Assembly: GCF_037042905.1 (NCBI RefSeq)
Contig: NC_087252.1
Location: 13,146,001-13,210,000 of the forward strand
Length of the DNA stretch: 64,000 nucleotides
Direction: 5' to 3'
Origin: Lytechinus pictus
Lineage: Eukaryota
The notes beneath the pieces are model-generated. The model ran no database searches. It saw only the letters and a program-made list of their open reading frames with translations, and was not told the DNA's origin. This document shows, one piece after another, positions 24,281-38,025 of the stretch (positions are counted from its first letter, which is position 1; every line of letters begins with the position of its first letter). Made by a program: the position numbers and the translations under genes.

Positions 24281-24487
24281 GGTTCCATGACATTTGCTCC
24301 AAAGGAAACTGCACATATAAGCCAAACATAAAACCTTGTCTCAAAAACTAAATAAACCCTAATCCTTGTCTTTGCATTATTCTGAACCAAAAACTACATG
24401 TATATCACAATTCTATTAACTCTAACCCAATACCCTCTGAGATATTAAGACCGGAGCAGATGTCGCAGGAGCAAATGTTGCGTCACC
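24281..24487 (+). mobile_element. Short interspersed repeat, possibly Helentron-associated (second copy at 46862..47070)
   Basis: ggttccat(g/a)acatttgctc ... (cctaa)n-like middle ... ggagca.atgtcgcaggagcaaatgt..gtcacc in both copies; classification is tentative. Confidence 0.55.
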
Positions 24488-27280
24488 CTGAAATTGTAGT
24501 TTAGCTATGGATAGCCAACAGTGCACGTTCAATTTATCAGCTCATTTGACACTGAAGTCATCTGTTCTCGGAATAATTTCATAGTGCTTTTTAAATAGAT
24601 TTCCTTACCAATTCATGAACTAAACTAGACTGAGTGATACGAATAAAGGTGAACTTGCTTTTTGACAAAAATGGCAAAGCATATTAAAAATACATGTGAA
24701 ACACTGAAATTTTGTGTTTCTGCATTTTACCAGGTATTTTGATGTCTGGAAATTTTATACGTGCTGATATTCATAATGCTGCGCTTAGAAGTTATTCTGC
24801 ATTTGGACATGTGTTCATCAAAATTAAATGCTGGACGGTGTCCTTTTTTGGAGAAGGGGTTTTGAACAAATATTTGCAAAGTGCACTGCACATCAAACAA
24901 ATATCCCTCTGAAATTTTGATTGAGATTTGATTTGCTGGTCCGTAAGGAAATCAACTTTTGGGCTTAAAGTATTTAAACATAATTCTCAAAGGTTTATAC
25001 ATGTACCCGTATGCCAAACTCAGTGTTAAAGCAAACCGCAGCGAGTGCATGCTCCCAGATACATTGTAACTTGATGTTTGATTTGATAATTAAAATGCAT
25101 AATCACTCCCAGCCCTAATAATCACTTTCAATCTTTATAAACATTTTTTTAGCATCTCATTTGCATTAAGAGTGGGGGCTATAGTACACTATTACATGTA
25201 CGTAAAAAAATACATGGTTAAATTATTTTTTGTATCACATTTATTCCACTTCAACATGAAATGACAAATTTTTTACCTTACGTCCAATAAGCAAGTGTGC
25301 AGCTGGGCATAAATCCAATATTGTTGCCTTTTTAAAGACTTATTTATAATCACATTTTAGCCATAATATTGCCAGTTTGGGGTCATTTTTCAATAGCTGG
25401 TTGTGGTGTCTAAACTTCTCTATACTGGGAGTCAGGCAAAAGGAATATTTTGCTTTAATTCTTCACACAGAACAACCCAATTCTTAGAATAACATAACAA
25501 ATCATCCTTGGTAGTGCATTATGTATTTTATTGGTCCATCCATCCATCCCGCGTTCACTTGTGACTGTGTCTCATCGCATACACGTACTGTAGTACATGT
25601 AAATTCATTTTCTGTATACTACTGCAAGCAATTAAATGCAGACATCTTCATTTGTTTCTCTGCGAAAAGTAGAATTGTATCAGTTTCTGTTTAAAAAAAT
25701 AATATCTACTAGCATACTTTTCATTATTCAATACATGTGTGTAACCATTGCTTTTAAAATACATGTTCTATTGCTTTAAAATGGCATGGCTATATTACGG
25801 TTTACATGTACATGTAGGTCTTACAGAGTATACAGTATGAACATGGCTATTGACATTCCTTGCATTATGGCATGAACTTATTTTAATTAAAAGCAATAAA
25901 TGCTTAATAATAATATGTACATGTACATCTAGTTTCTGTATAAATGTTTTGGTTATTAATGCCATTGGCCTCTAATTATTGGCTTCATAAATCGAATGTC
26001 AATACTACACTCTTTTTTCTGCAATTTGAATATTGTATACTGTATTCATGCAAAAATAGAATTTAAAAGCATACGCTGCATTATTCTCATTGGCATTGTA
26101 TACTTTTATTATCATGAAAGTCATCCCACAATATCACAATCATGTATTGATTCTTCGACATCAATGCATTTCTTGTGAAGCGTAGTGCCGCTAGATCCAG
26201 GGGAGAATGTACATGTGCCCACATGTATGTATCGGTGTGTGTATCCCCCATACACATGAACTGTCGATCTCCGCAGGAACAAGAGCATCGCGTATCCAAG
26301 GTGATGAAGTTTGCTGGTTATGCATTCAATACCTTCCTGGGTTTTTTTTCTTTGAATCATAAAGCCTGGCTCTCTATTTTTTATCAGATGACAGATTTCA
26401 TTTGCTGCTATTTTATTGCAAATTGTTTCTGATTTGTGTACAGGGAAATTTTCTTTCAAATGTGTAATGGGAGGGTGTGTAATGTAAATCTAGAGACCTG
26501 TGTTGTACAATACGACAAACTCTTTGAATTACATGCATCCAATTGGGGTGGGGTGGTAATTGGAATAAATGGTAGATCGTTTGCCCCATTTCAAGCTTAT
26601 CTCGCCTGCCCCCCCCCCCCCCCCTTCCTCAAAAAATGGTAATAATGATAAATGAAATCAAATCAATGAAATAAAAAACACTAATAAAATAAAATGTAAT
26701 CAACTAAAATAAAAACAAAATAGAACAAAACAAAATTAAAGAATAGGGCATTGGCCTAAATTTTTTATTTTGTTTTTGTTTTTGTGAATGATTAAAAATC
26801 TTAACTGAAATATTAGATTTCAAATTGCACCTTTCACATAGCATGTGAATTGGGCAAATTATTTAGTTATTATTTTCATTGCCTTTATCTGTGCCTTTGG
26901 ATATTAAAACTTTAACATTACAGTTTACATTAATGGACATTTTCTGGGGTTCTATCGAGCATTTCAGTCCCCATGATTTTTTTCCCTGATGTGAGTGATA
27001 AAGAATTAAAACTTCAAAAATTGATCTTCTTTACAGATTTCAGTTGGGTAGGGCAGGGGGATGATATTTAAAGGGGGGGGGGGTGCCATTTACCTGTAAC
27101 ATGTATACAGTGTAGGTACATGTAAATACATGTAGTGTTTAGGAAAAAATTACACTGGGGCTGGGGGCGATTTAGACCAATAAATAGTTCTATTTCTGTC
27201 AGGTATATGCTCCGCTGAGACTTCGTCTGGCTCCGCGGTATCCCCTCTGTCAATAGACCAATAAAAAATAATGGCTGTAA

Positions 27281-27860
27281 GGCTCGTAGTGGTGGAGCTC
27301 CACTGACGCCTAACCACAGCATCTATGGAGAAAAGGGTGCGCTGGTGCACCCTCCTCGATAACTACTAAATTTTGCTTTTTGATGGGGGGAAAAGGGAAG
27401 AAATAATAAAGATAAATTTATATTGAATACATGTACATTCAGCTTACCATCTTTCCGAAAAATATGCTGGAAAATAGCGAATTTTGATGACAAACAGATC
27501 AGGATCAGCCAGGTTCTTCTTCGGTTGCCGTTAGACAAGCTACAGCTGATCTTTAATACAAACGTGATGGCCTATCCGCTGGCATGTCCGCATGCTCAGC
27601 TGTGTGGCCGACGGCGATCGAGCGATGGTAGAAGAACCTGGCTGATCCTGATCTGTTTGTCATCAAAATTCGCAATTTTACAGCATATTTTTCAGAAAGG
27701 TGGTAAGCTGATTGTATTCAATATAAATTTATCTTTATTTTTTCCTCTTTCCCCTGTCAAAAGGCGAAATTTAGGAGTAATCGAGGAGGGTGCGCCAATG
27801 CACCCTTTTCTCCATAGACACTGTAGTAAAGGCGCCAGTGGAGCTCCACCATTACAAGCG
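27281..27860. mobile_element. Long-arm foldback MITE (~245-bp inverted arms)
   Basis: tggtggagctccactg...aaacagatcaggatcagccaggttct / agaacctggctgatcctgatctgttt...cagtggagctccacca. Confidence 0.85.
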
Positions 27861-28183
27861 CAATGGCCGTCATCTGTCTGTGTACATGTAGGAGGAGGAC
27901 AGAAAAATCAGAAAATAATGAAAAACTCTGAAACAGCAGATTTATCAATCTAGGTGCAATTAATTAATCTTGGAAACTAAAAAAAAAAAAAAGAAGCCCT
28001 TGCAATCACCATACATCACAATGTTATGTTAAAGCTCATCCTACATGTACATGTATACGGGTATTGAAGATTTTATAGGCAGTTACATGAACTTTAAATT
28101 GTGAAATGTAGCCCCCGAAAAAAAAAATGAGGATGCTACATGTACATAGTTTTTACCGGTATGTGTTGAGAAGTGGTCTCAGA

Positions 28184-29053
28184 AGGTGGTTTCAAACCGC
28201 CTCGATCACAAGAATCCCCGTTAAATTACGAGAACTATTACATGCTCAAAAATACCAGATAATTATTTCACATTCAGACCGCCCCGAAACACACTCTTTT
28301 GGGAAATTTCTCGAAGTTATGAGCATGCACAGTACTGTCTGGTAGCAGACGAAGAAGCGCGCGCTTTTAGTGGTACGATCGGGGGACGGCCGGGGCGGGA
28401 CATCCGCCTGCGGCCGGCCTAGCTCTAGCACGTACTAACTATACTCGATCGTATGCGCAAATCATTTGTTCCCTTGATCATCTGCAATTGCACTAGATTT
28501 CTCTCCACATTGAAATTAAGGCCTTGGTGGCCTCCTCACTCCAGTGCGATGTCATCTGGTATGAAAATGTAGAATACCGGTAAATATCACCCTTAATTCG
28601 TAAAACTATTTTTTTAAGAAGAAGAATCAATCGCCTAGTCGAACCCCGAGTCACGTCGCATGAGAAGTGTACGTACTGGTATGTTTATCCCTGCATATGC
28701 ATGCACTGGCGCTGGCTTGCTCGCTCAATAGGCCTCGCATCAGCCTCGCATATCCATGCATATCGAACAGCGTGTGCTATGCACCGGAAATTCACTTATT
28801 GCGGTGATCGATGGGATACAAGTTCCCGTAGTTTGCTTTCAGATTGCCAAAATACCCACGACCTTGGAAAAATCCCCACGAAAGTTCTTGTAATTTCGCC
28901 AAGTACCTACTATTTAGGGGGTATTTTCTTTCGGGGATATTACGAGTAGTTTGCTTTCACATTACCAAAATACAGGTATTTTCTGATCGGGGTAAATTTC
29001 CCGATCAGAGAATACCTGGAACTGACGAACTTCGAGGCGGTCTGAAACCACCT
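28184..29053 (+). mobile_element. MITE family copy 1 (Harbinger-like)
   Basis: aggtggtttcaaaccgcctcga ... tcgaggcggtctgaaaccacct; both ends shared with 37555..38025. Confidence 0.85.
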
Positions 29054-29959
29054 AGTTTGCACTCTGAAGGCCCTGACAGAGACTGCACTTGTGTTATTGG
29101 TAAACTTTATTTTGATGGCAAAGAGTTGAATAGATTATTTTAACCAGGGACATGAGAGGGAGACTACAACTGCTCTGACTTTGTACATTGTTACTGACAT
29201 TGTACAACACATTTTTTTTTTTTAATTCTATATAGGCACTGTATTGTTGCCATGGAAGCATTGACCACACCTCTTCCAATATGACACTCCACAACATTGG
29301 TTCATTCAAACAAATAAGCCACGCCTCTTTAACCATTCTGCAACATGTACAGTACTTTGTGCTTTGTTTTGATGTCAATGTCATTGCTCTTGTCCACAAT
29401 AGACCCCGCCCCCTCTAACCACAATCTACAATCTACTCTGTTTAAATACTTCATAGCAACAACATGCAAGTCACATGTGCACTCCATGCATGCCACACTC
29501 TATGACCTTCCATGTGTATCTTGTCAATGAAAGGTCATCTATTATTTTCTATGTGCTGGAGCTTAAAATGGGACAGCTTCCAGCCAAAAATCAATAAAGG
29601 AGGGGGTAAAACAGTTATACCCCTTTAGGGATTGTCATAGAGGGGTGCTGTGACAATGGGCAAGGCTTTTGTTTACAATGGGCTATTGTTGTCAAGGGGG
29701 ATTCCTTGAATGTATTGCATGGATGAGCACATGCTGTGAATGGAGGTAGAAAGCACAATAATGCAATGTACAAAATGTACATGCACATACATGTACATGT
29801 AGGATGTCCCATGCATTATTTAAAATAGACCCAAATTTTGGTGGATACATGTACTGACTACAAAAATGGGAATTTTACATCCCGAACTCTTGCAAATTAT
29901 TGCTCAATAGGAATTAAGATACTGTAGCCTACACGTACATTACATGTCATAACAAATTT

Positions 29960-30570
29960 TTATGCTAATTTTGATATGCAAAATGAATTTATGCTTATTT
30001 GTCAAAATTCACATAAAATAATTCTTCTTGTTGACTGATTTTGATTTTTTTTTCTTCCATCTGGTAGAGCTTTATGAGGTTCACCAAACTTCTACACTGA
30101 ATTTTGAAATTTTAAGTAGTTTGAACATTGTTTACAGTAATTTATGCAAAATTTATTCATAATCACAAAAAACGCTTATTTGTTGACAAATTTTGCTTTT
30201 TTTATCCATCTGGTAGAGTGTACATGTACATGAGGGTCATTAAACCTCCACAATTTATTCAGAAATCACAAAAAAATGCATTTTCTCTTTCGTTTGTTGA
30301 TAAATTTCAATTTTGTTTGCTTTTAAAATGGTAGCTCTATGTGGGATACAAAACTTCTACACAGAATTTTGAAACTCATTTAATATGCTAATTTATGCAT
30401 ATTTTTCAAATCTCACAAAAATGTTCATTTGTTGACTGATTTTTTTTTATCCGAGAGCTACATGAGGTTCACCAAGGTTCTTTCTACATAGAATTTAGAC
30501 ATTTTGACTCAAAAAATATTAATCCTAATGTATAATATGAAAATTATTCAAAAATCACAAAAATGGCTTC
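29960..30570. repeat. Degenerate tandem repeat, about 4 copies of ~140-150 bp
   Basis: Recurring ttgttga(c/t)..attt...ccatctggtagagc..atgaggttcaccaaacttctacac.gaattttgaaa...aatttatgca...aaatcacaaaaa. Confidence 0.65.
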
Positions 30571-33500
30571 TCTATTTCTTCATCAAATTCAATTCTGTTT
30601 CCTCAATTTACGTCACCAATATAATTCACTACAGTATCAACTGGGCTGAAATTAAAACTTGTGTTATATTTTGCTGCAAGATGCCAGATGAGCACCACGT
30701 CATTGATGTGCTAGTTATAATTTATGTCTGCAATTGATAGGGATCTCTTTTTTTTTCCTGCATAAGAGGTGGTTTTTTTTTATTACACAGAAGTGTGCAA
30801 GCAAGTTCATTGTTACCAGTACATGTGTACTGCACTTTGTTTTATTACACATCAGCATCATGCAAATAATTAGACTGTAGCCTACTATGTACATGTACTT
30901 ATGTACATTAATTTAATACATTGAAGGTATGCAGTCAGGAATGTGAATTACACGTATGCTTGTTCATGAAAGGAAGGTGCATTCTTTTCCCTTTTTCTTG
31001 ATCATGTAACAAGCATGTCAGGTATGCCACCATATTGACAGCTGGTTAGCTGAATGAATCATTGAACTAGGGCATTCATCCTCAAATTGGCAACCATCCC
31101 AATGCTCAAGTACATGTATGTACACACAGATTTGCTCATACTGTACTCACACACACACACACACAAACTCTATGTACATGTACACAGATGCATGTTGGTG
31201 CTCAGTGTAATCAACATATTACATGGATGTGTCTGTGTGTATTGCGCAGGCCCTGCAAGTGTTCACATGCTCTGCTGCTAATCACAAAAGCTTGTGTACA
31301 TTTCGGGATCAGTTCAGACTTCACATCCAAGTCAGGGACACCGAGCTCTTCCTTTCATTGTCCATTCCTTGCGCAATCAAAACAAACCGCATTGTGCATT
31401 GTCTGAAAAAAAGGACACTCCATTTGGGAAGTCCATCATTCTGACGGAGATCCGTGGAGGGTCTGTTTTGACAGGAGGGATTGCAGCTACTATTGATTTG
31501 TTTCAAACTGCTGCAGTTGCACTTGGATGTTTGAAAACTTTGGAATTTTACCAGGAGAGGTTTGTGTGATTTGCACAGCTGAGCATCTACACGCGCTGGG
31601 TAGGACGAGCAACGCAGGGTGTTGAGTTACAGTGTTTACAATCAAGAAGTCAACACTTCTGCCTTTCAAATCTCACTGCTCTTGAGATTAAATTATTTCA
31701 TTGCAAGACTCATACTAATAAATATGCAAGAAGTGATGCTCATGATTATGGATGATTGAATCTGACTTTTTTTTTTTTTACAATAGAATCAAATTTGTGC
31801 TATTTGAAAGGGGAGGACTACGACTACTATGATGGTATTCTTGAGTTGAAACCTGTTGGAGATCTGAATTTTCAGAATAATTTTTTTTTTGAAATCTTCC
31901 CCTATCCTACAGTCGCTAGATTCCAAGACCTTCACAAGAAGTGGATCATTCCAATTTGTGTATCAGCCTGATCGCATATGAGTATGGAAATCTTGAGAGT
32001 AATTATCCTGTGATCTGTATTAAAATTGATTCCTGCCAATTTTTTATTACATGTACATCTTGATGTGATCCTGCATGCTTTTACAAGCTTTCCAGATTTG
32101 TTCAAAAAAACATTTTTGATAACTTCTGCAGTTTAATACTCCAAGAGAATATTGAATTTCTTGCAAGGATAGTGGATCCTTACTAAATTGGATTCCTTGC
32201 TGTCTTTGACACAGCATTTCTTTTGGATGATACTTTGTGCTTTGATGTTTGAGGACATTTTGCCCCTTCTGCAGAGATTTCACAATGTGCACTGTGGAGC
32301 GCCCAGCAAGCGGGGAGTGGTCGACACATCGTCGACCGGTATCGTCGGCCTACAGCAAAATCGTCACACCACGCATTTCATCAACAAAAATCTTGCCTCC
32401 TACTTCCACTTCAAAATCAATGAGTATGTGCTTAAAAAAATATTACTAGTCAATATTTCCGATGTAGCCTAGGAATTCATAATGAAGAGAGACAAAATGT
32501 GTTTTTTATTGGGGGGGGGGGGGCAATTTAATTGATACTGGAAAGTCACACAGCGCAAGAGGCGATTATACTGGAGCAGCGCAATTCTTAATATGCACAT
32601 GTCCGATAGGATATCACAATTTTAATAGTGATAATCATACAGTATTCAAATTGCACAGTCTGAGCTATTAAAAATCATAGGTGTATCGTTTGGTTGGGGT
32701 GTGAATTTTTGCATTTTGTGAGAGCAGGAATAGTTATGATTATGAATTCTCTGTACAGCTTTGATACATTTTGCATCACGGTATTGATAATAAATAGGGA
32801 ATTGTTGATTACAAACCTAGGGGCACCAAGGCATTTCCAATTCTGATGTTCAAGTGAAGCCTTCAGTATGACCTGGGGGTTATTGATGCTTTCATAATGG
32901 ATTTCTTTAGGGGGGGGGGCAGGGGCATTGCTCTCATGTAATATTGATTGGCCTATATTATATATATTTATTTTACAAAAAATCAAGTGGTTTACTGTAC
33001 ACTTTTTTAACATTATTTTCCCCTTTTTTTAGTTCAAAATACAAAATAACTGAACTTAGGAATAAAAATGTGAAACAAATATGTTGGAGGATTGACAGAT
33101 TTTATCGCTTTATGCGAACAAGAACAAGATCGAGCTGGCACCCCTGTGCCTCAATGAAACCATAACTAGAGGAAATGCCATATGATTCAGCCTATTACGG
33201 ACCGATCATCCCCTCACAGCAAAAAGGTTGATAAATCCTGCATTTCTATAAGCACTTATGCCCTTGTAGCTTTTGACAGATAGTATCATGTGTAATGCAT
33301 GTGCTTGTCACTCTGAATATTCTTATCGTGATTTAAATCTTCTTTCTCTGTCACTGTATCCTTTGTATACCTACACGCAAGTATAGGGGCATATCAAGGT
33401 TTCAGAGGGAGGACGGGTGGGGGAGGGGCTCTTGTAGGGTGGGGTGGGGGTACTGTATATTTAAGGGGAATCTTGGCTCGGTTCCAATCAAAACGAGTAA

Positions 33501-36500
33501 AACAATTTCCAAACATCTGTTGTATACATGTAGGCCTATTAAAAATAGAAGAAAAAATTCTAAGGGAGAAGACCTATTGGCCGGGGCGAACATCTGGGCA
33601 TTCATAATCTCGAGCCCTAGAAACTGACCGGCCAATGAAAACAATGCACTAGCGACCCATACTGTGCTAAACGTCATGATAATCGCGTGTACCTGTTTCG
33701 TTATCTGGAAGTTTACGAATCTTTCTGAAATTTTCAGTGCTGCTTCTGACATTATTTCATTGTGTTTCTTATACGTGTACTTTGTTTTCATCGCACTATC
33801 GTCGTTAAAAGCGGATGTGAATTCACTCTGCCCCCGCCTAAATGTACATGTATTAAAGGGAGATGGGGCTTTATAAACGATACCCTCCCCATTTTTTTTA
33901 AATAGCTAAATGACCTAGAATTACACTGGTTGTCAGGTACAATGTACATGTTGTTGTTGTTTTAGCTTATACGGCACGTATCATTCATTAGTGAATATTT
34001 GCGCCAAGGAGAGTACAATGAGAGTACAAGGAGCGTACAATGTACAAGGAGAGTTCAATAGACTTGATTAATATTGCATGCCTTAAAGCTGAAGTTCTCT
34101 ATTTGCATAATGGGTCATAAACTCTATTGATGGTTTTGATCGGTTTATCATTTGCTGGTCAAGCTGTTTTTAGAACAGTCAGAGCTGGTATACACTGGAA
34201 TGAAACATTTATCATAGTGTTGCGTTGTTCTTTTTCCCCCTGATAATGAAATTTACTCTTTTATATCTGATTGGTTGAGCGCAGGTTGAAAAGGACATGT
34301 ACATGTAGACGAGTTGGACGTATATCTTTTGTTGACATCTCAAAATTAGAAACAAGCTTGTGTACATCAGTAGAATGCTTATTTTGAATGAAAATTACTA
34401 GAACATCTGATGCAAAGCAACAATATGTAGAAGAAGTGCATACCACATACTATGATAAAAACATGTCTTGTTGCAAGCACATCAAGACCTCTATTTCAGA
34501 TCGAGGTGTATGCATTCTATTTTTATTCACAAAATATTTGGGTATATTGATTCCTGGCCAGAGTTCCATAAAACATCTTCTAATCAGTGATTTTCACTCT
34601 CAAATTTGCTCTGAACCAATCAGATGCAAACGTAGTTCATAACAAATTGTGAATGAAATCACTATTTGTCTCATGAAATGCTCCTTTATAAAATAAATTG
34701 TATTCATTCAGGTGAGTGTGAACACACCCACGGAATACCTATTAAAGTGATTAGTGTGAATTTTTCTATAATACTTCAGGAAGCAATAGACTGAATTTGA
34801 ACTTTCATGTTACAATTGTGTTGGCTTAACGAGACATTGTTCTCTTGATTCTTCAATACTGTGTCGTTTCTTCATTGTTGTCTTTGATTAGTTGTCCATA
34901 TTATTTGGTTGTCTGTTCCATATCCCTTCTTCCTTGTGTTTGAATTTGAATAGGCCTAAATGTGGCTCATAAGATTTACTAATTGGCTGTGGATGAAATG
35001 ATTGTAAGCTTGACAAATTCCTGATTCATAAAGGGGTTTAATTTGAACTCTGCTCTAAAGCTGTGGTTTAACTATGGATAGCCGATTGTGTTGACAAAAT
35101 TAAAGCAGGAATGATTCAGTTTCAGAGCACATTTGGTGCTCATCTTGTTCATAAATGTTTGGGAATGAAAAATGAAATAGCTAACTTCACCGATTGGAAC
35201 ACAATTTGAAATGATAATTTTTTTTTCCATTTTCGGCTTTCCATAATTTTAGCACAGAGTTGGAGTTGGACCATGGTCTAATGTCACCAGACTTCAGAGT
35301 TCAAAATACATGCATGCCATAGGAGAACATGTTAGCAATATTTAGATCACAGTATTAAATCTTGATTTGAGTACATTTTTTTTTTTTCTCAGGACTACAA
35401 TTTTTTTTTTAAGGTGATGTTTTGGATGGCCTACATGTACAGTACCAATTCAAATATTAAATGCAATTGCCTTTGAACAGTAGTACAGTACAGTGAATGA
35501 CGGTGCCATTTTGGCATGGGATACACTTGAGCCATTCATATACATGTACTTGGAGGACTAAGAATAGAATTTTCAATCCCAATTCTTTCCTGTCTATGTC
35601 ATGTGTCGGGTAACAGCTGTTCACACATTCCAAATTTAATTCCATTTATTTACCATAGCCTAAAACACAACATCAAAAAGTTCATAATTTGCGTTGTCGG
35701 GTCGACATGTAGAAACAACCACCATTCATATTTCAAATAACTTCACAAGCCAGCACGAAATATCTGTGCAAGCTGCAACACAACTTGAAATTTGTGGTCC
35801 GTGCCCCAAAGCAGAATATTAGAGAAAACCAAAAAGTTGGATTTTGAAATGTAAAGTACATGGACCTATGTGCTACAAATGGTGCCTTATAGTACATGCA
35901 ATGTCAGGTATTTTTAAATTGGCCTTGTACTACAAAAGTTTCATACAAGTACAAGTACATGTAGTCCTATGTATAAATAAACGTTAGCATTGAGGGAGGA
36001 AAACATTATTTGAACTAGGCTAATTTGAACATATTTTAGGCATCAATTATAAATCAATCAGTAAACTTTTCCAATGATCAATGTTCAAGAAGCAAAAAGG
36101 ACATGGATTTTAATATTTTAGGGATTGTTTTCATGCAACAAGTCCTGCAAGTACACTGTACATTAAATGTAGTTCCATGGTAAAGACATGTACATTAGAA
36201 GGGTGGAAAGAGTGAGAGATATACATGTACAGTGTATTGAGAACTGTAAGAGTGGATAGCAAAGAGAGATATTCTGTGGTAAAAAGGTGGGTATTGATTG
36301 CATAGGACGAGAGGGGAGGAATGGAGGGGCAAGAAAGGGGTTGAAACTACCAAAAAAAATCTTGTTTTCATTGCAAGCATAGTATTCAAGTTTATATCCA
36401 AAAGTCTGAAGAATTCTATTTTAATGCAATAGGCCCTACATGTAAATTTTTTTTTGTCTTCAGGCCTATTTAGTCATCCAATTTTCATACTCTCCATTCA

Positions 36501-37554
36501 TTTCAGTGGTTTGGGTATTACATGTAGATTGAATGTACTGTACAGCAGATGTACATTATGTAGATCTACATTGTACATGTACATTTGTCAAGCACAAGCC
36601 TTTTAAGGAAAAATAGACCTTTATTGAATGGGGGGGGGGGGCAGTATTTCGACATGTACATCAGTACCGTAGAGGAAATAGAAGTACAATACACAACTGA
36701 ATTTATGATTTTTGCAGTTATGATTAACCCTCTTTACTGATCAAAAGTGTGCTTTGAATTCCCAAGAGCACATGTTTTAATTATTCCGACAAAGTGATAA
36801 ATGTACGTATGACATTATAATTTCCGCACTTCCATCGAACAATTGCCATAAACCCAATTGCAGTGATTGCTATAATTTCAAGGTTAACCTGATCCATTTC
36901 TCTGTTGGGGCTACACAAAAGCTCATCTTTTTCCTGATTCTGTATGGCGCTATGTCGATGTACATGTATATTTGTTAAATTGTTGGCTTTGTGGCCAGCG
37001 TTGTCATGGGAACCGACTGATTTGAGACAGCTGACAATCAGACATGCAGAGAGGATGAGAGATAGTGTGTGTGTGTGTAAGCATAAACATGTAGGCCCTG
37101 CATCTACATGTATGAGTCCTTTTTAAATAGGCAATGCGAAACAAAAACTGAATCACACATAGGGTCTACATGTGGAGATTTTTTTGTCCTTTTTTTGGTT
37201 GAAAACTTTTTTATTTCTTGTAAAAATTTTCCTCAGGAAAATGTGCCCCCTCCCTTTTGGAATACATGTAGTAATAATCTATCACAATGACATTTAAAAG
37301 AAACAGATGGTATTGGAGATAAAAGTAAGAGAGAGAGAGAAACTGGAGACTTTATAAAGAAAGGCAAATACAGACAGACTATTACAGTGAGGGTATTGAA
37401 ATTGAAAAAATGGAAGACAAAGATTCCTGAGGTTTTCCCCTCTTACAAACTTCCCAGATGTACATCGGCCCATCATGTGATCCTCAGCCGGGCCTCTGGA
37501 TTCACTTTTTGCTCAGCAGGTGTGGTATTTGAGAATCTTCTTGCAGGAAACACG

Positions 37555-38025
37555 AGGTGGTTTCAAACCGCCTTAATCACAAGAATCCCCGTTAAATTCG
37601 GGTAAAAAAATATGCATTATTATCGCATTCACACCCCCGAATCATACCCTTCAGAAGTTCCTGAAGTTATGGGAATGCGCAGTGTGGTCTGATAAGCAAG
37701 CAAGGTGCGAGATTCAAAATCGCTAGCTTAGCACTGAGCCACCCATGGTACCCGCGCCCAACTACACGCTGGGCTAAAAGTTCCTGTAATTTGCTTTCAC
37801 ACTGCCAAAATACCTGCGACCTTGGAAAAATCCCCACGAAAGTTCTGATAATTGTGACAAGTACATGTAGGCCTACTTACTATTTAGTGGGTATTTTCTT
37901 TCGGGGAGATTACGCGTAATTTGCTTTCAGACTGCCCAAATCACCTGGTATTTTTTGATCGGTGTAAATTTCCCGATCAGAAAATACCTGGAACTGACGA
38001 ATTTTGAGGCGGTGTGAAACCACCT
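37555..38025 (+). mobile_element. MITE family copy 2 (Harbinger-like)
   Basis: aggtggtttcaaaccgcctta ... ttgaggcggtgtgaaaccacct; colinear with 28184..29053 except in the middle. Confidence 0.85.
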
